NCBI GenBank assembly: GCA_002269645.1
Contig: NIVC01004689.1
Location: 1 to 38,026 of the forward strand
Origin: Macrostomum lignano
Taxonomy: Eukaryota
DNA: 38,026 nt
Direction: 5' to 3'
In this document: one piece after another, positions 31,901-38,026 of the stretch
Layout: each line of letters starts with the position of its first letter
Position numbering within the stretch: position 1 is the stretch's first letter
Program-made: the position numbers and the translations under genes
The notes under the pieces: generated by a model
The model's database searches: none
What the model saw: only the letters and a program-made list of their open reading frames with translations
What the model was told of the DNA's origin: nothing

Positions 31901-34900
31901 TTGAGCTGAACGGCGTCCAAGGCGGCTCGGCAGTTCCGGTCGACCCCAGCGACCCGATCGCCCGCATCGAGATCAACGGGCGCGAGAACTGCGGCAGGGC
32001 CTGCGCCAACGACCAGGTGGTGGTGGAGATTATGGAGAGAAAAGGCGCTGACCCGGCTAATAAAGAGGTCAAAGGACGCGTTGTTGGCATGCATCAGCAG
32101 GTGCGAATTTATTAAGCTCTTTTCTCGTTTCTAAACTCTTAGGGCATCGACTTGTTCTTGGTTTGAGTCTGGCATGCTGTCAGTCAGGAAGGTGTTGGAG
32201 ACTGATCACAATAATCCCTGAAGAACCTGCAACTCCTAAACACTCCTTCTGAATCATTTTTAACAGGCGGAGAAGCTGCGCTACCAGCTGTTTCTCTGCG
32301 AAGTGCTCAGCAACGTTGGCGCACTGATGCGACCGTTGTGCGGCACCTTCCCAAAGATTGCCTATGACAATTCGATTGCTCAGAAAGCTCTGAAGGAAAT
32401 GCCTGACAATGGGTTTGATGGACACGAGGAACGCAGCGGTACAGGGCAGCAACAAGTGACACAGAATCGGGACCACGTCCTAAGCATCGACCGCGACTTT
32501 GTGTCCGTCTTCTCGCCGAGAAAGTGAGTGGCATTTTTCTTACTGTTTAGTACGAGTATCCGGCATACAATTTCGATTAAATATTTTCTGAGTTCGGGTC
32601 ACATATCCGATAACATTGATGCTATTCTCTTTTGTACTAATAGAAAGGATTATTTCTTTAAAAGCGCTACGCTGGTTTGATTATTTCTTCAAATTTTGAT
32701 CAACGCTTCTTTTAAAATTACGTTGTTGTGTCAAAATTTTGTTTCAAATTTTTCCTATTTTCTTGTTCGATGCCCTCTCTCTACGCTGGGCACTCAAAAG
32801 GGTCCCTAATGTTCTAAAAATTAAAAATTTTTCTATGTTTTCTAAATACTAATTCCGTCTTTTTCGACTGTAGGGACTCTAAAGGAAAAATCTACTTTGA
32901 GCACGACCGCTGTCAGCGAGTGAACAAAGAATTCTGTGAGCAGACTTTTCTGGTGTGCTTCGAGTATTGGCATCTGGACAAGAACTACCCCATGGGAAAG
33001 GTGGTCTACGTTCTCGAAAACACCGACGGCTCGCTGGCAGAGGCGTTCGGCCTCATCCAGATGCGACACCGGCTGCCTCGTCCGCTGCGAGATTCAAAGG
33101 AGTTGCGCAATCAGGTGGCTAACGTGCAGCAAAAGGCGAACAGCATGGGTCTAAGGGGCCGGCTAGACATGCGTAAGGTGCTCACCGTTACCATTGACAA
33201 CCCGGACACGCGGGACATGGACGACGCAATCAGCTACGAGCGTTGCTACTCAACAGGCGTAGAAACCGTTGGAGTTCACATCACCGACATCTGCGAGTTC
33301 ATCGGCAGGAAGGGCTCCCCGCTGGACCGTGTGGCTCGGGGTCGCCTCCGAACCATCTACCCGCCTAAGGTGGGCAAGTCGCTGCAGCAGGTGACACCAA
33401 ACCACATGCTGCCGAAAACTCTGGCTGAAGACGTGCTCAGCCTCGGCGAAGGATCCGACAGATTCTGTCTGAGTGTGCTCTTCAAGTTCAAGCGTGACAA
33501 AAAAGTAAGATCTTTACAAGTAAGATCTAAGCCTTTTATACAGAATAAAGTAATTTTAGCTAAACCAGCTGACGCACCGACTTAAAATTCAATAAGATGT
33601 GTGTGACATCTCAGATTCTATGTGGACCTGATGTAATCGAATTAGCTTGCAATTTTACTTACATTACTCACTTTTAGAGCTCTGCGAACCTCCTCTGGGA
33701 ACATCCCGAGTTCCACCAGACCGTCGTTCGCAGCGACCTCCGGCTCAACAAGATCGACGTGCAGCCGGTGCTGCTGGAGACCGAGCGCAGCGCCGACAGC
33801 TTCGGAGACCGCCTGACTCCCGACTTCGTGTCGATGCTGCGCTCTCTGTGGGACATCGCTCGATGCCTGCGGCTGAAGCGGCTTGGTGAGGCCGGCTTCC
33901 AGCTGCAGGACGACGACTTCTGCGACGACGACGACGAGCAGGGAGCCATCGGGCGGACCTTCGAGACCAGCTGCCTCATCGAGGAACTCATGGTGCTGGC
34001 CAACCTGTCGGTAGGTCAGTGGTTGGCAGAGCAGCAGCGGCCGGTTGTGGCTCGAGTCCAGGACGAGCCCCGACCTGCCGAGGTCCAGAATTGGCTCGGT
34101 AAATTCGGTCCGACGCTGGTGCACATGCCGCGACTGCAGCGCGATCTTCGAGGCCTTCGAGTCTCGTTTAGTCTGTGCAAATTTCCGCTGTCTCTGTCTC
34201 GAGCTGACTATGACTTCATCATGAAGTACCAAATCGGTAGGCCTCGCGATTGCGTCCTACGGCTCATGCACGACAGTCGCCATCCGCACATGATGCTGGC
34301 CCTCAGTGAGTGGTTCTCCATCACACAGCCTGCGCAATATGCACCGACGGCGGACGAGAATCCAGCTGAAGAAGCTCGGCGCAAGGTGTACCACTTCAGC
34401 TTGCAGCAGGCGAACTATGTGCACTTTACAAGCCCCATGCGTCGCTATCCGGATATTGTTGTCCACAGGGCGTTCCGAGCGGCGATTAACAATCAGCAGC
34501 AAGGCCCGGCGACAGGAGAGACGTCCGAAAGTCTTAGCGATCTGTGCGACTCACTTCGAACCCTGGAGCGTAGAGTCAAAATGTTCGAGAAGGACTCCAT
34601 GAGCTACGCCTACGCCAGCCGTCTGAAGCGACGCCCACAGCAAGAGCTCGTGGTGTTGCGCTCCATCGACGACGGCGAGATGTCCTTCACGAGTAGCCGC
34701 CTTCGCCGCATGCCCAAGATACTGGGAGTCGTGAAGATGTCCAGCTTTGGACTGAATGCTCGACCTGAGCCTCGAGGACTTGGAAAGTTTCGCTGCAAAT
34801 GGAGCCGACGCATTTTCGTGCATTCGTCATGCGAAGACTCATCAAGATACAACACTCCAGTACTTCATTACATTGGTAGTGAGGTTCGTGTTAAGCGAGA

Positions 34901-36108
34901 CGTTTACGTCCAGCGCGTCAATTGCGATCCTGTAGTGAAGCTGCGCAAGGATTTCATCAGTTCCGGCGCCAATTACGAGTCAGTTCGGGGCCAGTTTCGC
35001 CAGCTGCAAGACGTTGTGCTTGAAGATCAAGGTGCCTGGATGATCACCTGTGAGAATGACCAGCTCGCTGTCGGAGCGAATGAACAGCTTCTGGTGTCGG
35101 GCAAGCCAGTCCAGTTCTACCGCGAGTTCGCGGTCGGCGATATCATGCGGCTGCAGTTCCGAGCGCAGTTGCGTCAGGGCCTGCTAACGCCCAGCGTTGC
35201 GCTGATCGAAGTGTGCGGCAGCCACACGGTGTGCGTAACGCACAAGGACGATCCCGTGCGCTGCTTCGCGGAGGTGACGGATGTCAAGTCCAAGCCCTCG
35301 TACCGCGACATCGACGAGTACGCGACCATCTGGCAGCGCATCGTGGCCATCGAGTCTGCCACCATCGCAGCATCGACTGATGACAGCGTCATCCTGCATG
35401 AGGTGGCGCTCGACTGGAGCTACCACCAGCCCACTGAACGGTGGCTGGGTGCCTTCCATCTGCCAGAAGATTTTCGCATCAAGTATCAACTGAAGTTTGG
35501 AACTGACGCCTCAGCTCACGATCCAATGATTGATGAGAAATTGAATGATCTTGAAGGGCAGCACGGACGCGGAGGTGGCGACAGCCTCAGCAAAGTTGCT
35601 GTAAACGAAGCTTTTGAGCTTGCAGGCGAGCGGGACAGGTACTTTCTTTTTAACTAAACGCTTTACAGTTTTTATTACTATTTTTTAGTTTGTATTCTTT
35701 TACTTCCTTTCAAACTTTCTTTGTCGAAACAGGTACAGCGAATTTCTTTGCGTACGGTTTCCCGGCGACAGCTCCAAAGCTGCTAGTTCCCAGGACTACT
35801 TCACGGCAGTTGCTCACGGTGGCATCCTGCTAGCTTACCGAACTGTGCACGGTCGGTGCCGTAATTGTAACTTTAAAAGAGACGAAGACTTTTCCTACGA
35901 CTGCCAGATTGTCGTGTTTTCACTGCAGCAGCACGACTTGTGCCAGCGATTCGATTGGTCCAGCGTGTCCACAGCCACCGTGGAGGTGATGCAGAAGTTT
36001 CTGCCAATCCGACGCCAGGAGTTGGCGCTGTGGCGCCTTCCGGCGATGCCAGCACATCGTTGGCGCACAAGATCGCCCTGTTAGGCTCGAGAGAAGCTCG
36101 AATCTCGG
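28942..36108 (+). CDS. HELZ2: HELZ2 (PRIC285)-like RNB/RNase II-family 3'-5' exoribonuclease(-helicase); partial, ~1530 aa visible, 5' end unresolved, SF1 helicase expected beyond the window
   Basis: Phase-consistent exons: 28942-29207, 30186-30471, 30876-31336, 31744-32100, 32267-32523, 32874-33504, 33678-35638, 35733-36108. RNB motifs: VTIDNPDTRDMDDAI, VGVHITDI, HMLPKTLAEDVLSL, LIEELMVLAN, HFSLQQANYVHFTSPMRRYPDIVVHR. The post-RNB blocks VCVTHKDDPVRCF, YRDIDEYATIW..IVAIESAT..DDSVILHEVALDW, FLCVRF, AVAHG and TVEVMQK resemble the HELZ2 linker rather than DIS3/DIS3L. Probable frameshift near 36038. Confidence 0.85.
29270..30170. repeat. CT-rich compound minisatellite (TCTCTCCCTG-type) in an intron of the HELZ2-like gene
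   Basis: Fills intron 29208-30185; reverse-complement relative of 5955-7010. Confidence 0.9.
33190..33228 (+). other. RNase II/RNB catalytic Asp motif TIDNPDTRDMDDA
   Basis: Matches the RNase II pattern TID-x5-D-x-D-D-A with all four aspartates present. Confidence 0.9.
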
Positions 36109-36189
36109 GTGCGTTCTTACCAAATTGTAAACAGATTACAATACTGTCGTGTTTTTAGTTAATTGATGAAATTCAGTTCAGTTGAAGAC

Positions 36190-36926
36190 ACTTGAAATGA
36201 AATTCAGTTGAAGAAGCGAGAGAGGGGATAAAAGAAAAGATACGAAGATAATAGGAGAGATGAGGGGGTGAGGACGAGAGAGAGAGGGGGAGAAGGGGGA
36301 GAGAGGAAAAGCGAGATGAGAGGGGAGAGTAGAAAGGAGCGAGTAGAGAGGAGAGAGAAGAGAGTAGAGATGAGAGAGCAGAGAGCTGCAGATGAGAGGA
36401 GAGAGGAGACAGCAGAGAGGAAAGAGGTGAAAGGAGAGATGAGAGTAAAGGGAAGAGAGAAGAAATAAAGATACATCTCTAAGATTGTAGAGATGAGAGA
36501 GGTGTAAGGAGGAATGGGAAATGAGAGATGAGAGATAATGGAGGAGAGACGAGAGTGGAGAGAGAGAGAGGAGACAAGAGAGGGAGAGAGTATAGAAGAG
36601 GTAAGATAGGAGAAGAAGGGAGAAAGGAAAGTGAGGAGTCAAAAGAGGGGAAAGATAAGAGTGCAGAGGAGAGAGGTCAGAGAACATATAAGACAGTAAA
36701 GATGACAGATGAAAGAGGGAGTGAGAGAGCAGAGACGAGAGTGAACAGACGAGAGATGGGAGAGTAGAGAGAACAGAGACGAGATAAGAGAGAAGAGAGG
36801 AGATTACAGAGACGAGAGGAGAGAGGAGAGACAAAGGAAGAGAGAAGTGAGTGAGGAGAGAGGAGAGGAAAGAGGAGAATGGAGAGGGGAGAGAGTAGAG
36901 AGGAGAAGAGAGATGGGAGAGGAGAG

Positions 36927-36998
<72 letters not shown>

Positions 36999-37114
36999 AG
37001 AGAGAGAGAGAAGAGAGAAATGAGAAAAGATAAGAGAGACAAGATAAAAGAGAAAGGAGAGAAAAGAGAGAAAAGAGATTAAAGACTAGAGAGAAGAGAG
37101 GTGAGTTAAGAGAT

Positions 37115-37174
<60 letters not shown>

Positions 37175-37400
37175 GAGTAGAAAGGAGAGGTGATAGAGTA
37201 GAGGAGAGATGAGAGAGTAGAGAAGAGAGTTGAGAAGAGAGGAGAGCGAGGAATGAGAATAGGTGAGAGAAAAAAGAGAATATAGAGAGCAGAGAGGAGA
37301 GGAGAGAGAAAAAGAGAAGAGATGAGAGGAGAGAGAAGAGAGAGGAGAGACGAGGGACGAGAGAGAAGAGAGGAAACAGAAGAGAAGATAAAAGTTTCAA
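36190..37400. repeat. GA-rich low-complexity tract including pure (GA)n runs (~36930-36995, ~37120-37170)
   Basis: Directly visible; probably intronic to the HELZ2-like gene. Confidence 0.9.
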
Positions 37401-38026
37401 AGGATCCAAGGGACGTAGGGAGAGTCAGAGGCAGAGGCCAGAGTTTGCCAATACATGTTTTAGAGTCAGACAGACATTGCCTGACATTCTGCGCAGTACC
37501 CCAGCCAACAATATCAATGTTTGCCTCAAATCCTATTTTTACACGAATGTGCTCTATTTTATGTCTACCTCTATCCTGCTAACTAATAACAAGTTTTGTT
37601 TGTATGGCCTTAGATTTCAGAATACATGCAAAAATAGTTCCGGGGATTGGAATTCCCCGGGTTCAAAATCCGCGGGTTTCAACAGCTTGTCACTTATCAA
37701 TAGATGTCAAAGCAAACAATTCAATGAGTCATGCAACTAAATCAGGTTGCACTGTCACAACAAACATACTAATCGCTATGAACTTGACTAAACAATATTT
37801 TCTTTTGTTCTTATCTTATATCAATTTGTTAACCCGAAAACTTATATTTTGAAGAGAGACTTAAAAAGCTGTTTTTATAAATAGCGAGCTTACCACTCAT
37901 CCCTTTTTGGTGTAGGCTCGAAGCACAATAATTCATTTCAGCATCTGCAACATTTTCATCACAGGCGTGCTGTGTTATGGTTTAAGTTTTTCTTCGGAAC
38001 CTGAGACTTCGGAACTCTTTCCTATT

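Noticed and set aside
33642-35493. Several antisense or alternative-frame ORFs over the RNB exon
   Set aside because: Shadow ORFs of a GC-rich coding exon with no independent features.
36031-36060. Programmed -1 ribosomal frameshift in the HELZ2-like gene
   Set aside because: There is no X XXY YYZ slippery heptamer at the shift point. An indel or alternative donor is simpler.
37464-37582. Candidate next HELZ2-like exon after the GA-rich tract
   Set aside because: Two acceptors (37463, 37496) exist, but there is no convincing donor or helicase-related motif. Left unresolved.

Overview
Eukaryotic (metazoan) genomic DNA with GC-rich exons, GT-AG introns and abundant minisatellites. The architecture resembles a Macrostomum-type flatworm genome, but that is inference only. 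Four protein-coding loci can be reconstructed by hand. (1) The 3' part of a phosphorylase b kinase regulatory alpha subunit gene (PHKA; + strand, 15 exons, 1..11746, ending in CaaX CPVQ), with 12 of its 14 introns filled by tandem arrays. (2) A secreted PAN-like + LamG/ConA-like protein gene (- strand, 14628..18457). Its signal-peptide exon is split by a 2752-bp non-autonomous CACTA/EnSpm(CMC)-type transposon (CCCTA termini, CA target-site duplication), and the transposon end supplies a replacement in-frame ATG. (3) A two-exon orphan 159-aa, 8-Cys secreted protein gene (- strand, 21526..22092). (4) A HELZ2-like RNB exoribonuclease(-helicase) gene (+ strand, at least 28942..36108, probably continuing past the window). 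It has an intact RNase II catalytic motif, a duplicated cold-shock/OB module, an apparent catalytically dead OTU-like N-terminal domain where HELZ2 has its first helicase, and a probable 1-nt frameshift near 36038. Also present: an ~84% identical stray copy of the PHKA tail, a decayed RNase H-bearing retroelement relic, a ~150-bp hairpin and about 20 tandem arrays. Most ORF-track entries are repeat-derived artefacts. All homology calls come from recognising motifs by eye; no database search was run.
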